A DNA stretch of 64,000 nt from Nitrosopumilaceae archaeon (GCA_965214835.1 CBDCCK010000002.1:2720001-2784000), one strand, 5' to 3'. Counted from the stretch's first letter, positions 41,028-52,678 are shown. The notes: generated by a model not told the origin, from the letters alone. Numbers and translations: made by a program.

Positions 41028-41349
41028 GCCTGTACTGGATGCCCTTTATCCCAAAGGCCACGATTATCACCACGGCCCCGCCTATCCGTATCGCGTTGAG
41101 GGCGATGCTTATCAGGCCCGTGACATCCTCTGAGAATATCGCGTTCTCCTGGCACTGCTCGTCCTCGCCTACCGCACAGAACGTGTTGATGTCGACCCCC
41201 ATGAGGGGCGCTATGATTGTAGGTGCTGCAATGATGAATATCATCGCGACGAACGCCTTTTTTCCGAACCTGACAAGGTCTCCCTTGCTTTTTCCCTCGT
41301 CATCGTCTCCAAACATGGTGTGTATGATGCCGTTTGATTTAAGGGACAA
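41011..41349 (-). CDS. VirB2/TrbC-like conjugative pilin candidate
   Basis: About 110 aa with two hydrophobic helices, GGAVVIIVAFGIKG; T4SS context. Confidence 0.45.
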   Translation of the reverse strand: MSLKSNGIIHTMFGDDDEGKSKGDLVRFGKKAFVAMIFIIAAPTIIAPLMGVDINTFCAVGEDEQCQENAIFSEDVTGLISIALNAIRIGGAVVIIVAFGIKGIQYRLVPRP

Positions 41350-41646
41350 AAACCCGGTGTGACGGGTCGCAGATCTGCAAGCCTGTCGGCGGATTTACAC
41401 AGGAATTATGGACTACACCAAGTCAGAATTTAGGCTCGAGATCCACTCGCACCTGGACTGTTTTGGCTGCCCCAGCCCAAGATCCCCGCGACATTTTTTT
41501 AAAAACTGCCCAAGGTTTGGCACGTGCTTAAATAATTCGTTACAAGGGATTTATAAAACATGAAGATCTAACTAGTGCAGGTAACACGGAGCGTGTTACT
41601 AGAGGGCGTGTTGAATGGGGGGTACCTTGTTGCATGCTCTTGACCC

Positions 41647-42363
41647 TTATCTTGGAAACACCTCATAACCGTGCCCCATTGCATTTCCATGACCGTCAGT
41701 TCGAAACTTCCCATAAATCAGATTCCAGTACTTTTCAAATTCATCTGGCGTTGAATGGTGACGAAACGACCCATATGCGACTGCGTCTGCAACCTGAACT
41801 CCTTCAACTGCGGATGAATCGACAAAAACAGGGGGCTCTGTCTGCGCTTTTCTTTGGTAATCTGGCCCCTTTTCTCTCATCTCTCTGATTATGTCGGCAA
41901 TATCCCTGTGAAACCTGCTTGAGCTCCTGTCAATTTTTATGATTCCGTGATTGTTTTCGCCCGATCTTTCTTCTAGAAACTTGTCGAATCTTTTGACTAG
42001 CGACACCCATGCAGTGTTGAATACCTTCCAGCCCGGATATCGACGTCTTAGTGATTCCTTGTCAATTACCACGGAAACTGCGGTGATGTCCAAGCTTGAT
42101 ATGTTACGGTATAATTCGTCTGACATCTCTTGCTGTTTTGAAAAACTCAAACTGGCAAAATCTCCCTTGGCCTTGAAGATGTCGTGCGCATGAATCTCCG
42201 CATCGACATACTGCCCGGTAAAATGCTTTAGTTTGTACTCGTACGTGGATCTTTTGAGATCGTTGATTTTGTCCTCCTCTACAATCACTCCCGACAAAAC
42301 GAAGAAATTTGTGTTATCATTATAGCTCACAGAGCCAGATTCGTCTACATACATAACTGGCAT
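41647..42363 (-). CDS. DUF3800 family protein
   Basis: MYVDESG, EIHA, VQVADAVA motifs. Confidence 0.85.
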   Translation of the reverse strand: MPVMYVDESGSVSYNDNTNFFVLSGVIVEEDKINDLKRSTYEYKLKHFTGQYVDAEIHAHDIFKAKGDFASLSFSKQQEMSDELYRNISSLDITAVSVVIDKESLRRRYPGWKVFNTAWVSLVKRFDKFLEERSGENNHGIIKIDRSSSRFHRDIADIIREMREKGPDYQRKAQTEPPVFVDSSAVEGVQVADAVAYGSFRHHSTPDEFEKYWNLIYGKFRTDGHGNAMGHGYEVFPR

Positions 42364-42839
42364 ACAATTATTGCCTTTGTGTTTCTGCTATTAATGTCAA
42401 GCTATTTTGTTTTGATGGTCTTCCCAAAAATTCCACGTCAAACGGTTCCAAACTCGAAACAATTCAGGTTGGACTGCCTGCATATCCGCATGCTGCCGTC
42501 TGCACCGCCACGAGCCGGATACGTTTGGGAAGACTGTTTGAAAAAATGAGCAATTCATAAAAACTGTGGTTGCGATTAAGAGTTCCTCATCACGTGTGGG
42601 CATGAATCATACAGAAAGGTGCTTGCTGTTGTTAAAAAGCTTTGAATCGGTACTTGGGGAGCAGGAGTTTTCGCCCAACTGGCATGATTGCCAACAACAA
42701 GCTCGTCAGTTGATGGATGATAATATGATCGCAGTTGGTCACATGCCTTGAACAGATTTTATAGTTTTAGGCATGGGCTGCGTGTTTTTGGATCATCTGG
42801 ACAGACTCCCCAGCACGATGTGACCAGCCGCATACCCGT

Positions 42840-43598
42840 CTATTTGGATCTCCTCACGTCAAGAACCGCGTCCACCGCGGGCCGGTTCTGGCCGTCGACT
42901 TCGATCCTGAGTCGCTTCTGTCCCTCAGAGCGCGGCACGAACGTCATCCCCATGGTGCCGTCAGAATCGGTCGTAACCGAGGCCTGGAGCATGTCGTCAA
43001 CATATGCGCGTGCAAGCCTGTTGCGGATGGGAACCCCGTGTATGTCGTATAGGGTCACCGTGATACTCTTTGGAACCCCGAGCTCGGTCACGGATACGAT
43101 GTGTGTACCCTCCCGGCGGGGCAGTGGTCCGGCCTCATATGGATCTGCAAATCCTGCCAGCCTGCTCTCCTTCTTGCCGCCTGCAGTCTTGCCCTTTCTG
43201 CCGCCTGCCGGGCCCCGTCGGGCCGGCCGGGTAGATTTGAGTGACGTATGATATATCATGAACCGTATGATCATTGCCACCAGCACGTCCATCGGCACGA
43301 GTTTGGGCCTGCCAAGCCCCAGTATCAGGCCTGCGGGGACCGGCAGCAGCGCCAGCACCACATCCCACGTGACGTCCACTCCGGCGTTTACCGCATCAAT
43401 TGAGAGTATGGGATCCGGCATCGCCTGGAGGATGTGAGATGACGCCCCCGAGTATATCACCATGGGCAGGATGACTGACAGGCCCATCAGAAAACCTATC
43501 TGCCGGAACGACACCTTGCCTGCCATCGGAAGCGAGATGACGGGCTCGTTTATCGTGCCGTCCCCCTCAAAGACCGTAAGTACCGTATAGCTGGACAA
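42840..43598 (-). CDS. PrgI/VirB3-like membrane protein with an Ig-like C-terminal domain
   Basis: VSFRQIGFL followed by two TM helices; TTDSDG beta-rich C-terminus. Confidence 0.55.
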   Translation of the reverse strand: MSSYTVLTVFEGDGTINEPVISLPMAGKVSFRQIGFLMGLSVILPMVIYSGASSHILQAMPDPILSIDAVNAGVDVTWDVVLALLPVPAGLILGLGRPKLVPMDVLVAMIIRFMIYHTSLKSTRPARRGPAGGRKGKTAGGKKESRLAGFADPYEAGPLPRREGTHIVSVTELGVPKSITVTLYDIHGVPIRNRLARAYVDDMLQASVTTDSDGTMGMTFVPRSEGQKRLRIEVDGQNRPAVDAVLDVRRSK

Positions 43599-43632
43599 CT
43601 CACCGTGAATAAAAAAAATGAATAAAAGGAGG

Positions 43633-44106
43633 TCACTGGACGCGGACAGTCGACAGCTCGCTCAGCATGCTGCCACCCGTGGTATTGCCGCGCACCACGA
43701 TGGACAGATCCTGCCCGTAGGTCAGCGCAATGTCGTCGCCGTCAGAGTCCACAATCTTCTCGTACCCGGAGGCAGTCACCCCGGGCTCCAGCGGGGAGGG
43801 GTTTACATCCATCACGAACGGCTGTATGCCCGTCGTGTTGGTATCGGTATCGACCAGGACGTCGACTGAGACGGAGTCAATCGCGCTGGTCCCCACGTTC
43901 CGTATGCTGGCAGACAGGTACGCCTCCTCGCCGACCTTCTGCACGAATACCTTGCGCAGCGAGATCGAGTCCGCAGTAGTCTGTATCTCGAATATGTCGC
44001 TTGCAAAGGCAAACAGTATCCCGGCAAAGATGATGACGATGCCGATTATCATTGCCACCTGCATCAGGCCGCTTATTCCGCGCCTCTTCTTTGATGATGT
44101 GATCAT
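43633..44106 (-). CDS. Archaeal type IV pilin
   Basis: KKRRG/ISGLMQVAMIIGIVII class III signal; IRNVGT; LEPG. Confidence 0.85.
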   Translation of the reverse strand: MITSSKKRRGISGLMQVAMIIGIVIIFAGILFAFASDIFEIQTTADSISLRKVFVQKVGEEAYLSASIRNVGTSAIDSVSVDVLVDTDTNTTGIQPFVMDVNPSPLEPGVTASGYEKIVDSDGDDIALTYGQDLSIVVRGNTTGGSMLSELSTVRVQ

Positions 44107-44170
44107 TACAGTACAAGGTCCGGCCGCATAAAAGGCCGGTTGCCCCTGTCCGTTTTATGCGCCGGTACCA

Positions 44171-46045
44171 TTGTGTTACATGCTGGGATACAGGGGGGCG
44201 ATAATCATTCCGGTCTCCGCCATGATCCTGGCATCGCTGATTCTCAACCGGCCGTATGTCTTTGCCGTACTTGCCGGGATCCTGCTGCCTGTACTGCTGT
44301 GGGGTATGATACGCCGGACAAGGCTTGTGCGCATGCCGGCAGAGCCCGTCAGGTTCCGCATACGCGCCAGGGATCTAAGGCCGGACGTGCTGGCATCCGT
44401 ATTCCGTCCAGTCCTTGACTGGACGCCTGTGCAGAGGGCCCGAAACAAGATAGAGAAAGACCTGAGGCCCCACATTCTGAGATCCGGCTCTGCCCAGAAC
44501 CCGCGCATACTGGGAGGCAGGAGCGTCCTGTACCCGATTGCCGCCGCAGTCGTGACCGTACCCGCAGGGATCATCCTTGCGGTATCCCTCGATCCGGCGT
44601 TTCTTGCCATATCCCTTGCATCGCCCCTCCTGGCAGGCGTGTACTTTGTGACACTCCGCATAAGAACCGCGGAGAGGAGCTCCGATACCACCGAGGAGCT
44701 TGCAAGCTTTGCCGTCCTTGCAGGAATCATGGAGTCGGTAAACGTTCCGATGTTCTCGACCCTGCTGATTCTGGCAGAATCCCCCTCTGCCGTCTTTGCA
44801 GTAATGAGGAGGGAGGGGCGCAGGATAAGGAACCTCATGGTGCTGGGAAGGAGCCCGACAGAGGCGCTGCTGGAACTATCGGACTCGCACCCGAACACGG
44901 AGTTTCGCGACTTTGTGACGGGGTACGTCTCGGCGTTCAACACGGGCGGGTCGGACACGGCGGGATACCTGCACGAGCAGGCAAACAGGTTCTTCCGCCA
45001 GGTCCAGTTCCGCATGGTATCGTACGCAAGGCAGGCAGACATCATCTCCCAGGTCGTCCTTACCGTGATGATGCTGCTGCCGATGATGGGGCTGTCGATG
45101 ACGTTCTTCTCGTCGGGGCACCTGGCAGGGACGATGACGCTTCTGATGATTGCCGTCTTTCCGTTTGCCACCGCGGTGATGGTGGCGTTCGTGCACGCCA
45201 AACAGCCAAGGGGCAGGGACCGCATCAGGGTCTCGTGGATGATATTTCCGGTAGGTGTCTGCTGCGCGGTTATAGTGTATCTTGCCGGGATGCAGGCCTG
45301 GGAGGCGGCAGGCGCGGGTGTCGTGGCATCCTCGCTGCTCAACCATATATTGACAAGGAGGAGGTTTGCAGAGATCTGGGGTATCGACAGGGCGCTGCCC
45401 GAGTTCATGCGGCGCCTCACCAGGCTCAGAAACGTGGGCTTTGATATCATACATGCAATCAGGACCATCCGCGCCGAGGCCGCCGCGCGCGAAAAAGGTG
45501 GAGAGGCGTTTTACGCGATGCTGGACGGCATATGCAGGAGGGTCTCGGTGGGAGGCTCCCTTGAGGATGCGGTGGGCAGGGCGGATATCTCATCATGGAA
45601 CGCGCGACTGGTCTTTTTCATCCTTGGCAGGATCAACGAGTCAGGCGGCGGCACGGCCAAGACCACAAGCGACCTTGCGTACTGGATAGCGCAGTACCAC
45701 GAGGCGCGCAGGGAGATGATCTCGTCGCTGCGCTCATCGCTTGTCACGGCCCTCGTGGGTCCCGTACTGATGGTCATGATGATGGCAGTATCTGACAGGC
45801 TGGCAGCCACCCTGGGGGAGGGCCTTCTCCCGGACGCTGGCGGGCTTCCGGTGAATATCGTAGTGTCCGCAGACCCCTCCGGGTTATCAGAGCTGCTCAT
45901 AGTCACGGCAGTCGCATGCATGGGGGTTATACTATCCAAGATCAACTACTTTACGATACGGCACTCGCTGTTTACCGGGATGATCACGGGTGCGACCATG
46001 GCGATGATGTACGCGGTGCCGTACCTTCCCGACCTTGGGTTCTAG
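44171..46045 (+). CDS. Type IV pilus platform protein (TadC/FlaJ, T2SSF family)
   Basis: Two T2SSF repeats (GRSPTEAL..HP..FRDFV; IDRALPEFMR..GGSLEDA) separated by TM helices. Confidence 0.88.
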   Translation: MCYMLGYRGAIIIPVSAMILASLILNRPYVFAVLAGILLPVLLWGMIRRTRLVRMPAEPVRFRIRARDLRPDVLASVFRPVLDWTPVQRARNKIEKDLRPHILRSGSAQNPRILGGRSVLYPIAAAVVTVPAGIILAVSLDPAFLAISLASPLLAGVYFVTLRIRTAERSSDTTEELASFAVLAGIMESVNVPMFSTLLILAESPSAVFAVMRREGRRIRNLMVLGRSPTEALLELSDSHPNTEFRDFVTGYVSAFNTGGSDTAGYLHEQANRFFRQVQFRMVSYARQADIISQVVLTVMMLLPMMGLSMTFFSSGHLAGTMTLLMIAVFPFATAVMVAFVHAKQPRGRDRIRVSWMIFPVGVCCAVIVYLAGMQAWEAAGAGVVASSLLNHILTRRRFAEIWGIDRALPEFMRRLTRLRNVGFDIIHAIRTIRAEAAAREKGGEAFYAMLDGICRRVSVGGSLEDAVGRADISSWNARLVFFILGRINESGGGTAKTTSDLAYWIAQYHEARREMISSLRSSLVTALVGPVLMVMMMAVSDRLAATLGEGLLPDAGGLPVNIVVSADPSGLSELLIVTAVACMGVILSKINYFTIRHSLFTGMITGATMAMMYAVPYLPDLGF

Positions 46046-46321
46046 GGGAGGGCCGCACGGGGGTTCCCCGGGATCTTCTGCGTGCCGGCAGGGCACGAGG
46101 CTCCAAGGCGTGATCTCTATTGGCCTGCCGCATGACTCCGACCAGAGTCCGGTTGATCCTCCCGGGCAATGACCGGCGGGCGGCTCTGACCACACGGCAG
46201 GCATCTACGCAACCTGTTTGGTGGTTTTTGGAAAATTCCAAATTTCAGGCGGGGTTGTGTAGCAACCTGCAACAATAGCCAGTTTTTTATGTCCCTCTTT
46301 TTTGTCAAGTGTTGTTTAGCA

Positions 46322-47008
46322 ATGCCACACGTTTCGGTTTATGTTGACGAGTCAGGGGATGCAGGATTTGATGACAAGACTTCGGAATTTTTTACTGTAG
46401 GCTACGCATTTGCGGTGGACGGATCAGCGGCAAAGGAGAACAAGACAGTAAAGCGTGCCTTGAAAAACATCAACGCCGGGAGCAAAATGAAAATTTCCGA
46501 GTTCAAGTTTTCGGCAAACACTGACGTGGTCAGAAGGAGGTTCCTAAAAACCGTCAACGGACTGGATGCTGATCTGGGGGTTTTCTGCGTCAGCAAGGAC
46601 TCGGTGAAACCAGACCTCAAAAAAGGCCCCTATGCGTTTTATGAACATGCCGTAGTAGACACAATAGCTGCCCATTTGGTTGAGGATTATATCCGGGCAC
46701 ATGATCATGACAATTCGGTTAGCCTTACCATCGACAGAAGCTTGGCAGAGAATGCAAGGCATTCATTCGACGAATACTGCAGGAATAAAATTCATGATAA
46801 GATGAGGCAAAAAAAATTGAAGGCAGATCTTGCTCTAGGCATTTACCATGAGGATTCAAAAAGCGTGCCCATGCTTCAGGTTGTGGATTATATTGCAAGC
46901 GCGACCCAGGGATTCATTGTTCATGGTGATGCGGCGTTTTACAACGCGTACAGTGGCAAGTTGAAATATCGTGAAAAATGGGATTGGAATGACAAGATAA
47001 AATGGTGA
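46322..47008 (+). CDS. DUF3800 family protein
   Basis: VYVDESGDAG, EFKFS, LQVVDYIA. Confidence 0.85.
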   Translation: MPHVSVYVDESGDAGFDDKTSEFFTVGYAFAVDGSAAKENKTVKRALKNINAGSKMKISEFKFSANTDVVRRRFLKTVNGLDADLGVFCVSKDSVKPDLKKGPYAFYEHAVVDTIAAHLVEDYIRAHDHDNSVSLTIDRSLAENARHSFDEYCRNKIHDKMRQKKLKADLALGIYHEDSKSVPMLQVVDYIASATQGFIVHGDAAFYNAYSGKLKYREKWDWNDKIKW

Positions 47009-47220
47009 CTCTCGACCTACTTCTCCCTATCTGTCCAAACAGCCGTCATTGGTTCGATCAAGATCCTATTGATTGCTCAATAGACTTTACCCACCTGCTT
47101 GGTATTCTCATGTCTGATATTAAAAGTATAAGCATGGGCAGTCTTGCACAGCCCCGATTTCAGGCACAAAAGACCAGCTGCTTTTACGCGCTCAGGCACG
47201 GTTGTGCAACAGGCTAGGTT

Positions 47221-47338
47221 GTAACAAGTTAGCCCCTGCCTAGGCAGCAATCAGGCGCGAATCTACCTGCAGTTGTGATTTTCATGCCTGTCCTGCAAGG
47301 GACGCAACTCCAACTCTAGGCAGGGGCTAACCTGTTAC
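47221..47338. mobile_element. 118-bp MITE with IS66-like GTAA ends
   Basis: TIR GTAACAAGTTAGCCCCTGCCTAG / CTAGGCAGGGGCTAACCTGTTAC; core resembles the 93-bp MITE; abuts and truncates the next IS end. Confidence 0.8.
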
Positions 47339-48917
47339 TAATCGACCGGATCGAAATATTCCGACGGTGGCCGGCCACACATGCAAGGCTGACGGCATCA
47401 CATGACGTGTACAGGGGCGGCAGAGTCCGTATATCGTGCAGCTACGGACCATTCCAGCTAGTAAAAACTACAATGTCGTGCGGCATCGTGTGGCGCCGCA
47501 ATGCGCTCCGTATCGTGGTATCAGAACCCATGCATGAGCTTCTTGTTCCGCCTGTCCCACAGCAGCCTAAAGTTGGCAAGCCCGGCCGTCACCTGGAACT
47601 CCCTGTCGAACTCCTCGGGCAGTCCCGTCGTACGGATCACGCATCCGCTTGTACTACTTTATCCGTCCTATGGCGTGCTCTACGGTCACCCTCTTGCTGC
47701 TTATCCTCCTGTTCTGCGCTTTCTGTTTCTTTGTAAGCTTGCCTTTCCTTGGCTTCTTGTTGGGCTGCACGGATATGACCCCGGGATGCACCTCCTTGAT
47801 TCCCACGTATCCCAGATCCGAGAACATCTTTACCTTCTCGTCCTCGTGGTGCTTTCTGTTGCTGCGCATCCTAGCAGTCAGGATTCCCAGATCCGGTGGG
47901 TTGTTCTTTATCATGGTGAGGTCGTGCGCGCTTCCGGGCGCCGACTTGCATACATCGCCAGTCCCTTCTTGCCGGCAATTACCCATGGGTGTTGCGCGTA
48001 AAGCTCTTCTTCTTGCCCGAGTACGCCCCCCTTTCTTGGCTCCTTGTCTGTGGGACGCTGTATGTCGATGTGCGTGCCGTCTACAATCACGGTCAGATCC
48101 GGGACGATCTCCCTGAGCCCCTCGATCGTGCGGGCGTTTCGTATCTTCTGAGATACGGCGTCCGGCGTGGGCAGTATCTTGAGAAATATCATGTCGCAAT
48201 ACCTGAGGTACCTGCATACCGTGCTCTGGTCTATGCCAAAGAACGCCGCAAGCTGCTCCTGTGTCGGGTTTCCGTACTTGCGCATCAGCGACATCAGCAG
48301 GGCGTGGCGGTAGGACAGCTTGCACCGGTTTCCGGGCCCGTCGTCCTCGTCCTCTGAGAACAGGGGTGCCCTCCGCGTGCTTTTTGGCAAGCTTCGTAAA
48401 CCGGTCGGATGTATAGTCAAACCGGCAGCGGCTCATCGACGTGGTGGGCTGCAGGGACCCGCCGCCGATTATGTCCTCGAGCACCTCGAGCCTGTGCATG
48501 AGGGCGGCGTTGTCCGCGGTGCGCCTGTCGTCATCCCAGGTTGCGGGCCACATCCGGCGTTCGGCGTCCAGCTGCTGCTCCAGCTGCCCTATCCTCTCCT
48601 GATCCCGCTCGTGCCTCCTGCCGTCCTGCCTGCCCTTCTTCTCGTATTCTGATCTCCTTCCTGTCCTGCACCTTCTCCTTCTCGTACTACTCGATTCTCT
48701 TCCTCAGCCGTCGTATCAGCTCGGTCTCGGACTTTGCCATTACTCTTGTGCGAGAATGGATCCCGGATCTAAATCAATCGTCTGAAAACAATTGCAGGTT
48801 TGATCAAATATTTTCAACGTTGTGAGATGTCATCACGCGTGTACCGGCCCTGGCTAGCCCCATTTGTAGCCCGGGTGCCGGGGGCAACGCCGCTAATTTC
48901 GTTTACGCATAAGGTCT
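47339..48917 (-). mobile_element. IS5-type (ISL2-like) element, degraded copy
   Basis: Near-identical to 50961-52678; IVDGTH, SDLGYVG, RVTVEHAIG in broken frames. Confidence 0.88.
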
Positions 48918-49080
48918 ATTGTATGCACTCTACTCAAAATCATATGTTCAAGATCTGTTCCATATTTGATTATCAATGCTTGCGTTCTGCTTAAAATGGA
49001 TGCAAGTTGTTGATTGCCAAAACATCGAAAGTTTGCCTCACCCTGACACTTCTTCTTTTGTATCTGATAGTTTGACCAAT

Positions 49081-49240
49081 TTAACCTCTAATATCACAGC
49101 CAAGAAAGTTACGATTAACAGCGTTGCATGAATCTAAAACTGAAAATGATCCTGCTGCGGGATCAACAACCAAGTCATTTTCACAGGTTACTGCTTCGAT
49201 AAGTCGTGATTGTAAATCTATTGGTTTCGTATGAGGAAGA
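49081..49240 (-). pseudogene. C-terminal fragment of an N4/N6 DNA methyltransferase
   Basis: HTKPIDLQSRLIEAVT..VVDPAAGSFS..FLGCDI. Confidence 0.75.
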
Positions 49241-49376
49241 ATCCGTGATATTGGTCTTTGAGCGGGGGCTGGCAGGCCGCGGCATGAGGCCAGAGACAAG
49301 CAGGATTCTTGCTGTGGGCCTAATCTTTAACAAGACGATATGGTATTATAATGGCAAGGAATGTGTGTGAACAAGT

Positions 49377-50960
49377 ATGAAGAATCAGATTTTGGTAGAA
49401 GTTAAAGAATCACTTGAGAGAATGGAAGAAACAGGGAGGGTGGATCTTTCCATATTGGACAATCTTACGGCATTACGTACTTTTCTAAATACAATTAAGA
49501 TTAAATGGCTAGACATGGAAAATTCTGATGGATTCTATTTCTATCAGGCTGTCCGTAACGTAGAACTATAGCAACGAGCATAAGTCTTTGAGCCAAAACA
49601 AGGTCATTCGAAAGGTATAATGATCACGTAACTGGTGCAGTATGTATGACAAAAGAAACAGACATCCTGTCAGAGGCCATGCGCAAAGAAAAGGATGCCA
49701 AAGTCTACAAGAAGATCATGGCGCTGATGTTTGTGCTAGAAGACGACATGGGCGTACCCGAGACTGCAAGAAAGATCCGGTGCAGTGAGAATTCCGTGCG
49801 CAACTGGCTGGCGAGGTTTTCGGAGGGCGGCATAGACGGTCTCCGGGATCTTCCCCGTTCCGGATGCAGATCAAAGGTGGACAGAGAAAGTATTGCAGCC
49901 ATAATGGATCTGTCCACTGCATGCAAAAGTACCGATGTCATGACGGTACGCGATGACATAAGGAATGCCACCGGGATAGAATACAGCATAGAGCATGTCC
50001 GAAGACTGATGTGCCAGCACGGCCTGTCGCGCCGCAAGGTGCAAAACATACATGTCAACCATGCCACCCCAAGCTCGGTATACTCGTGGCAGCGATACCT
50101 TGAAAACGTGCGGATTCCGTGCCTGAAAAACGACGGTTTTACGCTGGTGTCATCTGATGAGGCGTTCTTCGTGCAGGGCGCATACGACAGATACGTGTGG
50201 GGTCCGGTCGGCACCAGAAGCGTGGCATCGTATTCGGGGGACCACACAAAGGTGGCCGTGTTTGGAAGCATCGCAGAAGACGGCAGAAGGCTATTCAGGA
50301 CGTTTACGGGATCGTTTACGTCGGTGCAGTTCATAGAATGTCTGGAGGCGCTGCGCATCAAGTTTGGCAAGGTTGCAGTCTTTTGCGATAGGTGGAGTGT
50401 GCACAGATCTACTGATGTCGCAGAATATCTGGTGGGCCATCCCGACGTCAGACTGATAATGATTCCGAAAGGATCGCCGTACCTCAATATCGTGGAAGAA
50501 TGCTGGAACCTGGGCAAACATTTTGTTTTCAGGGGGATAGTGTACAGAAGGATCAGCGAGCTGCGGCACACCATATCCGAATATTATAGGACGGTGTCAT
50601 TTGCCCACCTTTGCATGTACAAGTACATTTACAGATCGCCGGTCAAAGCCCTCAATTACTTGTGACCGTTGCTATAATATTAGGAAAAATGGAATCCCGT
50701 TTCAAAAATTCTCAAAAAGCTGATGATAATCCAAAAATTGCCGAAGATTCGATGTTGCTACTGCCAAACATAGACAGCATTCTAGAAGCAACCCAGGAAT
50801 TTACGATTAACAAAGAAGCCATTAATGACGTATTAAGCAAAACACATTCACTGAGAAACGAAGCTGCACGTGCCAATCTCATAGAACCATTAGAGATAAG
50901 CAGAGAGGCGCTTGACAAAGACAGTTTGAAGATGCAGTTTACAGCACTAGTGCAAAAACT
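49377..50960 (+). pseudogene. AT-rich hypothetical gene split by IS630 and truncated by IS5
   Basis: Removing IS630 and one TA joins ...AVRNVEL to ILGKMESRFK... in frame. Confidence 0.7.
49569..50674 (+). mobile_element. IS630-family element (transposase 49646-50665), second type
   Basis: Imperfect TIR TAGCAACGAGCATAAGT / ACTTGTGACCGTTGCTA, TA duplication; SDEA, CDRWSVH, PKGSPYLNIVE. Confidence 0.9.
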
Positions 50961-52678
50961 AGACCTTATGCGTAATCGACCGGATCGAAATATTCCGACG
51001 GTGGCCGGCCATACATGCAAGGCTGACGGCATCACATGACGTGTATGAGGGCGGCAGAGTCCGTATATAGTGCAGCTACGAGCCATTACAGCTGGTAAAA
51101 ACTACAGTATAGTGCGGCATCGTGTGGCGCCGCAATGCGCTCCGTATCGTGGTATCAGAACCCATGCATGAGCTTCTTGTTCCGCTTGTCCCACAGCAGC
51201 CTAAAGTTGGCAAGCCCGGCCGTCACCTGGAACTCCCTGTCGAACTCCTCGGGCAGTCCCGTCGTACGGATCACGCATCCGCTTGTACTGCTTTATCCGT
51301 CCTATGGCGTGCTCTACTGTCACCCTCTTGCTGCTTATCCTCCTGTTCTGCGCTTTCTGTTTCTTTGTAAGCTTGCCTTTCCTTGGCTTCTTGTCGGGCT
51401 GCACGGATATGACCCCGGGATACACCTCCTCGATTCCCATGTATCCCAGATCAGAGAACATCTTTACCTTCTCGTCCTCGGGGTGCTTTCTGTTGCTGCG
51501 CATCCTGGCAGTCAGGATTCCCAGATCCGGTGGGTTGTTCTTTATCATGGTGAGGTCGTGCGTGCTTCCGGGCGCCGACTTGCTTGCATACATCGCCAGT
51601 CCCTTCTTGTCGGCAATCACCCGGGGTGTTGCGCGTAAAGCTCTTCTTCTTGCCAGAGTATGCCTCCTTTCTTGGCTCCTTGTCTGTGGGGCGCTGTATG
51701 TCGATGTGCGTGCCGTCTACAATCACGGTCAGATCCGGGACGATCTTCTTGACTTCCTTGATCGTGCGGGCGTTTCGTATCTTTCGCGATACGGCGTCCG
51801 GCGTGGGCAGTATCTTGGTGAATATCATGTCGCAATACCTGAGGTACCTGCATACGGTGCTCTGGTCTATGCCAAAGAATGCCGCAAGCTGCTCCTGTGT
51901 CGGGTTTCCGTACTTGCGCATCAGCGACATCAGCAGGGCGTGGCGGTAGGACAGCTTGCACCGGTTTCCGGGCAAGTTGTCCTCGTCTTCTGAGAACAGG
52001 GGGCCTTCTGTGTGCTTTTTGGCAAGCTTCGTAAACCGGTCATATATGTAGTCAAACTGGCGGAGGTTCATCGACGTGGTGGGCTGCAGGGACCCGCCAC
52101 CGATTATGTCATCGAGCACCTCGAGCCTGTGCATGAGGGCGGCGTTGTCCGCGGAGCGCCTGTCGTCATCCCAGGTTGCGGGCCACATCCGGCGCTCGGC
52201 GTCCAGCTGCTGTTCCAGCTGCCCTATCCTCTCCTGATCCCGCTCCTGCCTCCTGCCGTCCTGCCTGCTCTTCTTCTCGTACTCTGATCTCCTTCCTGTA
52301 CTGCATCCTCTCCGTCCTGTCCCGCGCCTTCTCCTTCCTGTCCTGCCTGCTCTTCTTCTCGTGCCTCTTGATCCTCTTCTCATACTTCTTGATCTTCTTT
52401 TTGTCCCGCGCCTTCTCCTTCCTGTCCTGTACCTTCTCCTTCTCGTACTGCTCGATTCTCTTCTTCAGCAGTCGTATCTGCTCGGTCTCGGACTTTGCCA
52501 TTACTCTTATGCGAGAATGGATCCCGGATCTAAATCAATCGTCTGAAAATAGTTGTGGTTTTGATCAAATATTTTCAACGTTGTAAGGTACAGTCGCGCG
52601 TGCGCCGGCCCTGACTTGCCTCATTTGTAGCCCGTGCGCCGGGGGCATCGCCGCTAATTTCGTTTACGCATAAGGTCT
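50961..52678 (-). mobile_element. IS5-type (ISL2-like) element with a repetitive coiled-coil N-terminus, frameshifted
   Basis: TIR AGACCTTATGCGTAA / TTACGCATAAGGTCT; FGIDQSTV HTH, DGTH, YSGKKK, DLGY, VEHAIG. Confidence 0.9.

Noticed and set aside
23785-46045. Genetic code reassignment (Asp or Leu codons to Ala) in the island
   Set aside because: Conserved catalytic Asp residues are encoded by GAC in both island and host genes, and the standard code gives intact motifs.
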